DNA of 64,000 bases from Micrococcales bacterium (GTDB lineage: Bacteria; Actinomycetota; Actinomycetes; Actinomycetales; WQXJ01). The stretch covers positions 3,193-67,192 of the forward strand of contig WQXJ01000004.1 in assembly GCA_009784895.1 (NCBI GenBank), given 5' to 3'. Position numbers and translations under genes: made by a program. The notes under the pieces were generated by a model. That model saw nothing but the letters and a program-made list of their open reading frames with translations, was not told where the DNA came from and searched no databases. Below are positions 11,799-20,813 of this stretch, piece by piece (the first letter of the stretch is position 1; the number at the start of each line of letters is the position of its first letter).

Positions 11799-12569
11799 CT
11801 ATTGCCCCATGGCGTGCGCCCCGCCGTCGACGTGCACAATTTCGCCCGTGGTGGCCGGAAACCAGCCTGAGGCCAGTGCCAAGACGGCTTTGGCCGCCGG
11901 CACCGGGTCAGCCGAATCCCAGCCCAAAGGTGCCCGCTTGGCCCAAGCCCCTTCCATTTGGTCGAAGCCAGGGATGGCTTTGGCCGCCGTGGTTTTGACC
12001 GGTCCGGCGCTGACCAGATTTACCCTGACGCCTTGGGGTCCAAGGTCTCGTGCCAGGTAGCGGGCGGTTGACTCGAAGGCGGCCTTGGCCACACCCATCC
12101 AGTCGTAGACCGGCCAAGCGAAACTAGCGTCAAAGGTCAAGCCGACGATGCCGGCCCCAGGGCTCAGCAGCGGCAGCGTCGCCTGGGCCAAGGACTTCAG
12201 TGAAAAGGCCGAGGTCTCGACCGCGGTTGAGACGTCCTGCCAGGTGCCTTCCATGAAATTGCCTCCCATGACCGCCTGCGGCGCAAAACCAATCGAGTGA
12301 ACCACCGCATCCAAACTGGGCAGATGCTGTTGGAGCCGCCCGGCCAGAGAATCAAGATCGGCCGCGTCGGTGACGTCAAGCAGCTCCATCGGCGCCTCGA
12401 CCGGCAGCCGCTTGGCCGTGGCAGCCGTCAGCCGGGCGCCTTTGCCAAACGCGGTTAGAACCACATTGGCGCCTTCTTCCTGGGCCAACCGGGCCACCTG
12501 AAACGCAATCGACGCGTCCGTCAATACGCCTGTCACCAGGATGTTTTTGCCACAGAGGAGTCCCACCAT
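11799..12569 (-). CDS. inhA: NADH-dependent enoyl-ACP reductase (InhA/FabI)
   Basis: Collinear similarity to mycobacterial InhA: GLLCGKNILVTGV.TD.SIAF..AR, VVHSIGF, WMGVAKAA.ES, ATTGEIVHVDGGAH. It follows fabG as in the mycobacterial fabG1-inhA operon. Confidence 0.9.
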   Translation of the reverse strand: MVGLLCGKNILVTGVLTDASIAFQVARLAQEEGANVVLTAFGKGARLTAATAKRLPVEAPMELLDVTDAADLDSLAGRLQQHLPSLDAVVHSIGFAPQAVMGGNFMEGTWQDVSTAVETSAFSLKSLAQATLPLLSPGAGIVGLTFDASFAWPVYDWMGVAKAAFESTARYLARDLGPQGVRVNLVSAGPVKTTAAKAIPGFDQMEGAWAKRAPLGWDSADPVPAAKAVLALASGWFPATTGEIVHVDGGAHAMGQ

Positions 12570-12589
12570 GGTCCCTTTCTGCCTGGGGG

Positions 12590-13330
12590 CTAGTGCCCCA
12601 TACCTAAACCGCCATCAACCGGAATGACCGCACCGGAAACATAGCCTGTGTCAGCTGAGGCCAACCAACGAACCGCAGCGACGACATCGGCCACTTGACC
12701 CAACCGGCCGGCCGGCACCTGCGCCAAAATGGCCTGCCGCCTATCTTCGCCCAGTTCGGCGGTCATGGCGGTTTCGATGAAACCCGGCGCCACCACATTG
12801 GTGGTGATGCCGCGGCCACCCAGTTCGTGGGTCAGCGACCGGGCCACGCCAACCAGACCGGCCTTCGAGGCCGCGTAGTTGGCCTGGCCAAAACCACCGG
12901 ACAGGCCAACAACCGAGCCGATCAGCACGATCCGGCCCCGCTTGAGCCGCAGCATCGACTTGACGGCTCGCCGGGCACAGCGCAGCGCTCCAACCAGATT
13001 GGCGTCGATTACCTGGGTCAGCTCGTCCTCGCTCATCCTCATCAGCAGTTGGTCACGCACAATCCCGGCGTTGGCGACTAGTACCTCGACCGGGCCGTGG
13101 GCCTTTGCAGCAGCGGCGAACGCCGCCTCGACCGATGCCGCATCCGTGACGTCGCCTTCCAGTTGGAGGAGTTGGCCCCGCACTGCGCCGGCCGCTGCCG
13201 CCGCGGCGTCTGGTTGCGCCGCGCGGTCCAAACTGGCCACGTTGTCGCCTGCCGCCAAAAAGTCCTGGGCGATGGCCGCGCCTATCCCCCGGCCCGCGCC
13301 GGTGATCAAAACACTACGTCTACTGTCCAA
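12590..13330 (-). CDS. fabG: 3-oxoacyl-ACP reductase FabG (MabA-like SDR)
   Basis: TGAGRGIGAAIA Rossmann motif and the YAASKAG catalytic YxxxK. It lies immediately upstream of inhA on the same strand. Confidence 0.85.
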   Translation of the reverse strand: MDSRRSVLITGAGRGIGAAIAQDFLAAGDNVASLDRAAQPDAAAAAAGAVRGQLLQLEGDVTDAASVEAAFAAAAKAHGPVEVLVANAGIVRDQLLMRMSEDELTQVIDANLVGALRCARRAVKSMLRLKRGRIVLIGSVVGLSGGFGQANYAASKAGLVGVARSLTHELGGRGITTNVVAPGFIETAMTAELGEDRRQAILAQVPAGRLGQVADVVAAVRWLASADTGYVSGAVIPVDGGLGMGH

Positions 13331-13529
13331 TGTTGTCTCCTGGCTGGTTCCATGGCTGGTAGCGACTTGCGCCTGTGCAGACTACTTCTGTGGCGGCCCG
13401 ATCGCCCTGCCACTGGTATCCAACAAGTCTGGCCCCGCCTTGTGCGATCCCTCCAAATGCTGCCGCCGGCCTGGCCCAAAGAATTGGCTGGGCGGCGGCG
13501 CGGTTCGGGCCAGATTAGACTGGGATGCC

Positions 13530-15218
13530 ATGTCACCTCGCATTGCCCTAGCGCAGATCAACCCGACTGTGGGTGACCTGGCAGGCAACGCAGATTTGAT
13601 CTACTCCTGGGCCGCCGAGGCCACCCAAAGCGGCGCCCAGGTGGTCGTTTTCCCGGAAATGGCCCTGACCGGCTATCCGATTGACGACCTGGCGGGCAAA
13701 CCCGGCTTGCAGCGAGCCGCCAAACTGGCCATAGCCAAGCTGGCCCAAAGACTGGACCGCGGCGGCATGGGCGCCTGCCAGGTAGTGGTCGGTGGGCTTG
13801 GTACCAACGACCAGGGCCAGCCCGTTGACATTGCCGCCGTCTTGCACCGAGGCCAGGTCCAGCAGGTTTACGCCAAACGCCACCTGCCAGCCACCGGCGA
13901 CTATGACCAGTGTCGCGTTTTCGCCGCTGGCCACCGATCGGCTACTTTCGCCGCCCACGGCGCCAGATTAGGTCTCGCCATTGGCCACGACATTTGGTCG
14001 GCCGGCCAAGCGACAGGCGCCGGCCAGGCAGGCAAACAGCCCGCTGGCCGTTTGGCCAACCGATCCCCGGCCCTGGACCAGGATCAGGGCGCCCCTGGCC
14101 TCGACGCCCTTTTGGTGTTGGGCGGCTCCGCCTTTGAGCTGGGCCAAGACCAGGCCTGTCTGGCCCACGCCCGCAGGCAGACCAAACGGCTAGACGCCGC
14201 GGTGGTTTACGTCAACCTGGTTGGCGGCCAAGACGATCTTGTATTTGATGGTGGGTCTTTTGCGCTCAACGCCCAGGGCGACCTGGTTTGCCAGGCCGGC
14301 CGCTTCGCCCAGGAGTTGGTGTCTTTCGACCTGGCTGAACCTGCCACCGAGTTGGTGCCAAAACCTGAACTGGCCGAAGAAGAAGCGGTCTACCGGGCCA
14401 TCACTTTGGGTCTAGGCGACTACGCCCGTAAGGGCGGTTTCGCCAAAGCCATCTTGGGTCTTTCCGGCGGCATCGATTCAGCCCTGGTGGCGACTTTGGC
14501 AGTTGACGCCTTGGGGGCGGCCAATGTCACCGGTGTGGCCATGCCTTCGGCCATTTCCTCACAGCATTCCCTGGACGATGCCGCAGATCTGGCCTCACGC
14601 TTGGGCCTGGATTTCCGTACCGTACCGATCAACGACTTGGTGGAACCTTTTGTGCGAAAGCTCAACCTGGCGGCGGTGGGGGCGGAGAACATCCAGGCCA
14701 GAGTGCGCGGCATGGTCCTGATGGGGATCTCCAACATGGAGGGCCACCTGGTCTTGGCCACCGGTAACAAATCCGAGTTGGCAGCGGGATATTCCACTAT
14801 CTACGGCGATGCCGTAGGCGGCTACGCGCCAATCAGAGATGTCTACAAGACCCAGGTTTGGGCCTTGGCCCGCTGGCGCAACACCCTGGCCCGCCAAAGC
14901 GGTCAAGTCGAACCGATCCCGGAGCGGTCGATTGCCAAGCCGCCTTCGGCCGAGCTGCGTCCCGGCCAACTCGACACCGACTCGCTGCCCGAGTACGACA
15001 TCCTCGATCCGGTTTTGCAGCGATATGTCGAACAAGGCTGGGGCCCGGCCGAGCTGGCCAGTGAAGATCACCCGGCCGCAGCGGTCGAATTGGCAGTCAG
15101 GCTGGCCGACAAGGCAGAATGGAAACGTCGCCAGTACCCGCCTGGCCCAAAGGTCACCGCCGTGGCGTTCGGGCGCGACCGGCGTTTGCCCATGACCAAC
15201 CGCTGGCAGGAGGTTTGA
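13530..15218 (+). CDS. nadE: NAD+ synthetase NadE with an N-terminal CN-hydrolase-like domain that appears catalytically degenerate
   Basis: Homology starts at MSPRIALAQINPTVGDL (ATG 13530). The PP-loop is LGLSGGIDSALV. The 779-aa ORF starting at 12879 is an antisense-of-fabG artefact. Confidence 0.9.
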   Translation: MSPRIALAQINPTVGDLAGNADLIYSWAAEATQSGAQVVVFPEMALTGYPIDDLAGKPGLQRAAKLAIAKLAQRLDRGGMGACQVVVGGLGTNDQGQPVDIAAVLHRGQVQQVYAKRHLPATGDYDQCRVFAAGHRSATFAAHGARLGLAIGHDIWSAGQATGAGQAGKQPAGRLANRSPALDQDQGAPGLDALLVLGGSAFELGQDQACLAHARRQTKRLDAAVVYVNLVGGQDDLVFDGGSFALNAQGDLVCQAGRFAQELVSFDLAEPATELVPKPELAEEEAVYRAITLGLGDYARKGGFAKAILGLSGGIDSALVATLAVDALGAANVTGVAMPSAISSQHSLDDAADLASRLGLDFRTVPINDLVEPFVRKLNLAAVGAENIQARVRGMVLMGISNMEGHLVLATGNKSELAAGYSTIYGDAVGGYAPIRDVYKTQVWALARWRNTLARQSGQVEPIPERSIAKPPSAELRPGQLDTDSLPEYDILDPVLQRYVEQGWGPAELASEDHPAAAVELAVRLADKAEWKRRQYPPGPKVTAVAFGRDRRLPMTNRWQEV

Positions 15219-15224
15219 AACGAC

Positions 15225-16106
15225 GTGACCGAGATGCCCACCGCTTACAACCCGGCGCCCAAGGCGAGCTTGCCCGCAACCGGCCAGGGGGCGGCATCGG
15301 CCCTATCGCAGCAGGCCAAGGTTAGGATCCACCACCTTGGCCAAGCCAAACAGGCCGGCGAAAAGCTGACCATGCTAACCGCCTACGACCGGCCCACGGC
15401 CGAGGTCTTCGACCAGGCCGGCATCGATGTGCTGCTGGTAGGCGATTCCATGGCCAACGTCATGTTGGGCTATGACACGACCCTGCCGGTCACATTGGAA
15501 CAGATGGAAAGCGCCACGCGGGCCGTGGCCAAGGCGGTCAAACGGGCCCTAGTGGTGGTAGACCTGCCCTTTGGCACCTACGAGTCCAGCCCTGAAGGCT
15601 GTTTTGACTCAGCTGTGCGGCTGATGAAAGCCGGCGCCCAAGCCGTCAAGTTTGAAGGCGGCGCGCGGGTTAGAGACCAGATCCGCCTGCTGTCCAGCTC
15701 AGGTATTCCGGTGATGGCACATCTCGGTTTTACGCCGCAATCGGTCAACACCCTGGGCGGCAACCGGGTTCAAGGTCGCGGCGACCAGGCCGCCCGCGCG
15801 CTGGCATTAGACGCTCGGGCCGTACAAGAAGCCGGCGCCTTTGCGCTGGTACTTGAGATGGTGCCGGCCGCCTTGGCCAGCCAGCTGACCGCTGATCTTG
15901 ATATCGCCACCATCGGCATTGGGGCCGGCGCTGGCTGCGACGGTCAGGTGCTGGTTTGGACTGATATGGCTGGCCTTGAAGCCTGGACACCGTCTTTTGT
16001 GCGGCGCTTTGGCCAGCTGCGCCAAGATTTGGCCGATGCCGCTTCCGCCTACGCCCGGGCCGTTAGGCTGGGCCAGTACCCCGACCAGGAGCACTCTTTC
16101 GAATGA
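15225..16106 (+). CDS. panB: 3-methyl-2-oxobutanoate hydroxymethyltransferase PanB
   Basis: LTMLTAYD...[16 protein letters not shown]...VKFEGG motifs. GTG start at 15225, with an alternative ATG at 15234. Confidence 0.9.
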   Translation: MTEMPTAYNPAPKASLPATGQGAASALSQQAKVRIHHLGQAKQAGEKLTMLTAYDRPTAEVFDQAGIDVLLVGDSMANVMLGYDTTLPVTLEQMESATRAVAKAVKRALVVVDLPFGTYESSPEGCFDSAVRLMKAGAQAVKFEGGARVRDQIRLLSSSGIPVMAHLGFTPQSVNTLGGNRVQGRGDQAARALALDARAVQEAGAFALVLEMVPAALASQLTADLDIATIGIGAGAGCDGQVLVWTDMAGLEAWTPSFVRRFGQLRQDLADAASAYARAVRLGQYPDQEHSFE

Positions 16107-16984
16107 GTTCCGCTTTGGCCCCAATTGGCTCACTCAAGCCGGGCGTTGTTAGCCCCACCCGCTTGGTGCCGAAGGAAATAGAGCGGCCCGAATACGTTGG
16201 CAAGGCACAACCCGACTTAGAACCTTGGCCCGGCAGCGAAATCAACGATGCCGTCACCATTGCGGCGATTAGGCGGGCCTGCCAGTTGGCGGCCGAGGCC
16301 CTGGCCTATGTGGGAAAACACGTGGCACCAGGTGTCACCACCGATGAGCTGGACAGGCTTGGCCACGACTTCCTTATTGGCCGGGGCGCCTACCCGTCGA
16401 CTTTGGGCTACAAGGGTTTTCCCAAGTCGCTGTGCACTTCGCTGAACGAGGTGATTTGCCACGGCATACCCGATTCGACCGTGATCCAAGACGGCGACAT
16501 TGTCAACATCGACATCACCGCCTTCACCGATGGCGTTCACGGTGACACTAATGCCACCTTCTTGGCCGGTCAGGTTGACCCAGAGTCCCGGCTTTTGGTT
16601 GAGCGCACCCACCAGGCTATGACGCGCGGCATCAAGGCCGCCAAACCCGGGCGGGAAATCAACGTGATTGGTCGCGTGATCGAGGCCTACGCCAAACGCT
16701 TTGGCTACGGCGTGGTACGTGACTACACCGGCCACGGCGTTGGCCAGGCCTTTCACTCCGGCTTGGTCATCCCCCACTACGACACCGCCCCTGACTTTGA
16801 TCAACTAATTGAGCCAGGCATGGTCTTTACGATTGAACCGATGCTGACTTTAGGTACCTACGACTGGCGGCTCTGGGACGACGGTTGGACCGTGGTGACG
16901 GCCGATTCAAAACGGACCGCCCAATTTGAGCACACCATCTTAATCACCGAAACAGGATCCGAGATTTTGACGCTTACCCAGTAG
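16103..16984 (+). CDS. map: Type I methionine aminopeptidase with N-terminal extension
   Basis: [31 protein letters not shown] and FEHT metal-ligand motifs. It overlaps the panB stop by 4 nt. Confidence 0.92.
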   Translation: MSSALAPIGSLKPGVVSPTRLVPKEIERPEYVGKAQPDLEPWPGSEINDAVTIAAIRRACQLAAEALAYVGKHVAPGVTTDELDRLGHDFLIGRGAYPSTLGYKGFPKSLCTSLNEVICHGIPDSTVIQDGDIVNIDITAFTDGVHGDTNATFLAGQVDPESRLLVERTHQAMTRGIKAAKPGREINVIGRVIEAYAKRFGYGVVRDYTGHGVGQAFHSGLVIPHYDTAPDFDQLIEPGMVFTIEPMLTLGTYDWRLWDDGWTVVTADSKRTAQFEHTILITETGSEILTLTQ

Positions 16985-17028
16985 CGGGCGGATCGGCAGC
17001 CAGACCAAGCGACTAGGAGACACAACCG

Positions 17029-19605
17029 GTGCCAGGCAGCAACTTGACCCGAGCCGAGGCCCAAGCCCGAGCCCAACTGATCGACACAGTGACATATCGG
17101 GTCGAACTGGATCTAACCGGCGGGGCCGCCCAATTCGACTCGGTCACCACCGTGGAGTTTGGCTGCCGCCAGGTCGGAGCGAGCAGTTTCATCGACTTGA
17201 TCGCCCCAGAAGTGACTTCGGTCGAACTCAACGGCCAGGCACTTGAAGTAGACAAGGTCTTCCAAGACTGTCGGATTACCCTGCCAGCCTTGGCCGCCCA
17301 GAACCGGTTGGTGGTCAAAGCCCGGCCGGCCTACTCTCACAGTGGCGAAGGCTTGCACCGCTTTGTCGACCCAGTTGACCAGGAAATCTATCTCTACACC
17401 CAGTTCGAACCAGCCGACGCCCGGCGGGTCTTCGCGGTCTTCGAACAGCCCGATATCAAAGCTAGCTTCAGCTTTGTTGTCTGGGCGCCTAAGTCCTGGA
17501 CGGTGCTGTCAAACCAGCCAGCCCGCCTGGTTGAACCCACAGCTGGCGGCCAAAACCAAATCCACCATTTTGAGCCCACGGCCAAACTGTCCTCTTACCT
17601 GACTGCCATCTGCGCCGGCCCGTTGGCCGCCTGGCACGACCAGGTCACCTCGACCGATGGCCGGACAATTCCGCTGGGTCTGTACGCCCGCGCCTCGCTG
17701 GCCCAACACGTCGACGCCGCCAATATCTTTGCCACCACCAAACAAGGTTTTGGTTTCTTTGAGCCGACCTTCGATTTCCCCTTCCCGTTCTCCAAATACG
17801 ACCAGGTCTTTTGCCCGGAATACAACTTTGGCGCCATGGAAAACGCCGGCCTGGTCACCATCACGGAAGGTTATGTTTTCCGTTCAGTACCAGTTCAGGC
17901 CCGTCTTGAGCGGCGCGCCATCACCATTCTGCATGAGCTGTCCCATATGTGGTTTGGCGATCTGGTGACTATGCGCTGGTGGGACGACCTCTGGTTGAAC
18001 GAATCGTTCGCCGAGTTTGTCTCGCATCTGGCCGCTGTGGCCGTGACCGAATGGCGCCAGGCTTGGACCACTTTCGCCTATTCGGAAAAGCTCTGGGCCT
18101 ATCGCCAGGACCAGCTGCCAACCACCCATCCAGTCCTGGCCCCTATCGAAGACCTTGATGATGTCCAAAACAACTTCGACGGCATCACCTACGCCAAAGG
18201 CGCTTCGGTGCTGCGCCAGCTGGTCGCCTGGGTTGGCCAGGACGCCTTCATTGAGGCCTTGCGCTCCTATTTCTCCAAGCACGCCTGGTCCAACACCACT
18301 TTGGCCGATCTGCTGGCCGAGTTGGCTCTGGCCTCAGGCCGAGACCTTGGCCAGTGGTCTGAAAAGTGGCTCAAGACCGCCGGTGTCAACACTATGACCG
18401 GCCAGTTGACCGGCCAGACACTGAGCATCCGGCAATCAGCACCAAAGGAACACCCCACGCTGCGGCCCCATCGAATGGGTCTGGGCGGCTTCGGCCTGGC
18501 GGGCGGCCAACTGACCCGGATCTGGAATCGCGAGATTGACGTGCCACCTGACGGCGTCAGTCTTCTGCTCGATGGCGAGGCCGGCGATCTGGTGCTGCTA
18601 AACGACCGTGACCTGACCTACTCCAAGATCCGGCTCGACCCGGCTTCGTTTGAAGTGGCCCTTCTCCATGTTTGGCAAGTCGACGATTCGCTGGCCAGGG
18701 CGGTGATCTGGGGAGCCTTGTTTGACGCCGTGCGCGATGGCGAGTACCCGGCCTCGGGTTATGTCCGCGCGGTTCTGCGTAGCATTGGCAACGAGTCCCA
18801 TGCCACCGCCCGCCAGATCCTGCTGCGTCAGTTGGACACCTGTCTGCGCTGGTACGTCGATCCGGCCAGGCGCCTAGACCAGCTGCGTCATGCGACTCAA
18901 AGACTGGCGAGCCTGGCTGAGGCGGCCGGTCCGGGATCAGACAGTCAGCTCTTGTTGATCAAAACACTGGCCCGGCAGGCCCAAGACCCTGCGGCCCTTG
19001 ACCTGGTCGAAGCGCTGCTGAACGGTCAGCGTAGCCTTCCTGGGCTGTCGATCGACACCGACCTGCGCTGGGAGCTGCTAATGCCGCTGATAGCGGCCGG
19101 GCGCCAAGGCGAGGTAGCCATCGACGCCCAGCTGGCGGCCGACCCAACCGCGACAGGTCGTGAGCAGGCCGCGGCCCTTCGCGCAGCGCTGCCCAATAGC
19201 GAAGCCAAAACCGCGGCCTGGCTGCGGGCCGTGGAGGACCCGGCCACCGCCAACGCCACTCAACGTCAACTGATCGACGGCTTTGGCCGGGTGGTTGACC
19301 GCAGCTTGTTGCGGCCTTTCGCCCAGACCTACTTTGATTCGGTCGAACGGGTTTGGGATGCCCGCAGTGGTGAGATGGCCGCCAATGTGGCTGAGGGCCT
19401 CTACCCGGCTTGGCTTCTGAACGACCCCGAAGTCGACGTTTTGGCCTTGACCAGTGATTTCTTGGCCGCATTGGGTGACCGCAAGCCACCACTGAGGCGG
19501 CTGGTGGTAGAGGGCATGTCAGGTGTTCAGCGAGCCTTGGCCGCCCAGGCTTGCGACGCAGCCAGAGGGGCGTCACTGGCCGGCCGGCTTGGGGACGTGG
19601 TCTGA
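17029..19605 (+). CDS. pepN: Aminopeptidase N (M1 family)
   Basis: GAMENAGLVT exopeptidase motif and the HELSHMWFGDLVTMRWWDDLWLNESFAE zinc site (HExxH-18-E). Confidence 0.92.
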   Translation: MPGSNLTRAEAQARAQLIDTVTYRVELDLTGGAAQFDSVTTVEFGCRQVGASSFIDLIAPEVTSVELNGQALEVDKVFQDCRITLPALAAQNRLVVKARPAYSHSGEGLHRFVDPVDQEIYLYTQFEPADARRVFAVFEQPDIKASFSFVVWAPKSWTVLSNQPARLVEPTAGGQNQIHHFEPTAKLSSYLTAICAGPLAAWHDQVTSTDGRTIPLGLYARASLAQHVDAANIFATTKQGFGFFEPTFDFPFPFSKYDQVFCPEYNFGAMENAGLVTITEGYVFRSVPVQARLERRAITILHELSHMWFGDLVTMRWWDDLWLNESFAEFVSHLAAVAVTEWRQAWTTFAYSEKLWAYRQDQLPTTHPVLAPIEDLDDVQNNFDGITYAKGASVLRQLVAWVGQDAFIEALRSYFSKHAWSNTTLADLLAELALASGRDLGQWSEKWLKTAGVNTMTGQLTGQTLSIRQSAPKEHPTLRPHRMGLGGFGLAGGQLTRIWNREIDVPPDGVSLLLDGEAGDLVLLNDRDLTYSKIRLDPASFEVALLHVWQVDDSLARAVIWGALFDAVRDGEYPASGYVRAVLRSIGNESHATARQILLRQLDTCLRWYVDPARRLDQLRHATQRLASLAEAAGPGSDSQLLLIKTLARQAQDPAALDLVEALLNGQRSLPGLSIDTDLRWELLMPLIAAGRQGEVAIDAQLAADPTATGREQAAALRAALPNSEAKTAAWLRAVEDPATANATQRQLIDGFGRVVDRSLLRPFAQTYFDSVERVWDARSGEMAANVAEGLYPAWLLNDPEVDVLALTSDFLAALGDRKPPLRRLVVEGMSGVQRALAAQACDAARGASLAGRLGDVV

Positions 19606-19824
19606 CAAGCTCGCCACGGGCGCTAGAGTAGCTTCGGTGGTTGGGCCGGAGCCCATGCCGCCTAAACGCCCCCGGGGGCTTGGCCATGAGCCGGGTCCCG
19701 CGGCCTCAGTCGACTCGGTTGGCGCCTCGCGCTGACATCGGCAAACGCGGCAGGACAACACAGTTTCAGGCTAGGAAACGGGTGTTACTCACCGGTCTTC
19801 CAGCCCGGCAATAAGGAGACTCTA

Positions 19825-20454
19825 ATGACTTACTTGGCAACACCCGAATTCGCCACTGACTGGCCGGAGTGGGCTCGCTGGTTAATTGGCGACCCGCTGG
19901 CGGTGGTGCTCTATCTGCTGGGGGCGCTGGTTGTCTTAGCCATTGCCCACGCTGTTATCGGTCACACTGTTAAGAGGTTGGCAGCCAAACCGTGGACGCT
20001 AGGTGGGGATGGCGATGTCAGCGAAGCCGAGCGAGCCCACAACCAAGCTCGCAGAGAGGCCCGGATCAAGACCCTGGGTTCGGTGGCGCATTCGACGGTC
20101 AAAGCCGTGGTCTGGATCTTGACGATCTGCCTGGTCCTGGAGCGGCTCGGTGTGTCGATGGGCCTGATTATTACCACTTTGGGCGTATTAGGCGTTGGCG
20201 TTGGCTTGGGTGCGCAGTCGATGGTCAAAGACATGATTGCCGGGATGTTCATTTTGGCCGAGGACCAATTCGGTATTGGCGACCAGGTCGACGCCGAACA
20301 GGCCAGCGGCAAGGTCGTGTCGATGTCTCTGCGCATCACCACACTGAGGGATGATGACGGCGTTATTTGGTATGTGCCCAACGGCACTGTCACCCGAATC
20401 GGCAACTCCTCCCAGCACCGGCCACCAGCCACCGGCGAGGCGGCGACCAGTTAG
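19825..20454 (+). CDS. Mechanosensitive ion channel family protein (MscS-like, short)
   Basis: TM helices followed by MVKDMIAGMFILAEDQFGIGDQV...VVSMSLRITTLRDDDGVIWYVPNG. Only 209 aa, so the usual C-terminal domain is missing or short. Confidence 0.7.
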   Translation: MTYLATPEFATDWPEWARWLIGDPLAVVLYLLGALVVLAIAHAVIGHTVKRLAAKPWTLGGDGDVSEAERAHNQARREARIKTLGSVAHSTVKAVVWILTICLVLERLGVSMGLIITTLGVLGVGVGLGAQSMVKDMIAGMFILAEDQFGIGDQVDAEQASGKVVSMSLRITTLRDDDGVIWYVPNGTVTRIGNSSQHRPPATGEAATS

Positions 20455-20684
20455 CCTGTGGCGGCGCTGATCTCGGCCGCTAGCTGGCCTGACTTTGCGC
20501 CAAGCACGACTTGGACCACTCGGCCAGAGATGACCACGCCATAGGCGCCAAGGGACTTCAAGGCAGCCTCGTCAACCAGGCTGGCGTCCTTTAGCTCAAC
20601 CCTTAGATGCGCCTGGACCGGTGTCACCCTGACCAAGTTGTCCCGGCCACCAAGATGCTGTAGGACCAGCTCAGCCGTGTTCAA
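20451..20684 (-). CDS. Stand-alone PTS EIIB-like domain protein lacking the phospho-cysteine
   Basis: 77 aa. LGGRDNLVRVTPVQAHLRVEL...LKSLGAYGVVISG..VQVVLG aligns with the glucose-family EIIB pattern LGGKENI...C.TRLRV...G..V. Val replaces the Cys. Confidence 0.6.
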   Translation of the reverse strand: MNTAELVLQHLGGRDNLVRVTPVQAHLRVELKDASLVDEAALKSLGAYGVVISGRVVQVVLGAKSGQLAAEISAATG

Positions 20685-20813
20685 TTGAGCCCTCCTTAGT
20701 TGGCACCACCGCCAGTTTAGGGGGCCGGTGAATCTTTCCCCGCAGTAGCTTCTGGCCGTCGATGCGCACTATTCGCCAACTTCCAGGCGAGCGAAAAACC
20801 TTCGCCGCCACGG

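Noticed and set aside
12879-13529. The N-terminal 217 codons of the 779-aa ORF that contains nadE
   Set aside because: This part is antisense to fabG (12590-13330) and is low-complexity Ala/Ser/Pro/Arg-rich. NadE homology begins exactly at the ATG at 13530. It is a high-GC open-frame artefact.
18959-19687. A 242-aa minus-strand ORF
   Set aside because: It is antisense to the pepN 3' region, with Arg/Pro/Gly-rich composition typical of antisense frames in high-GC DNA.
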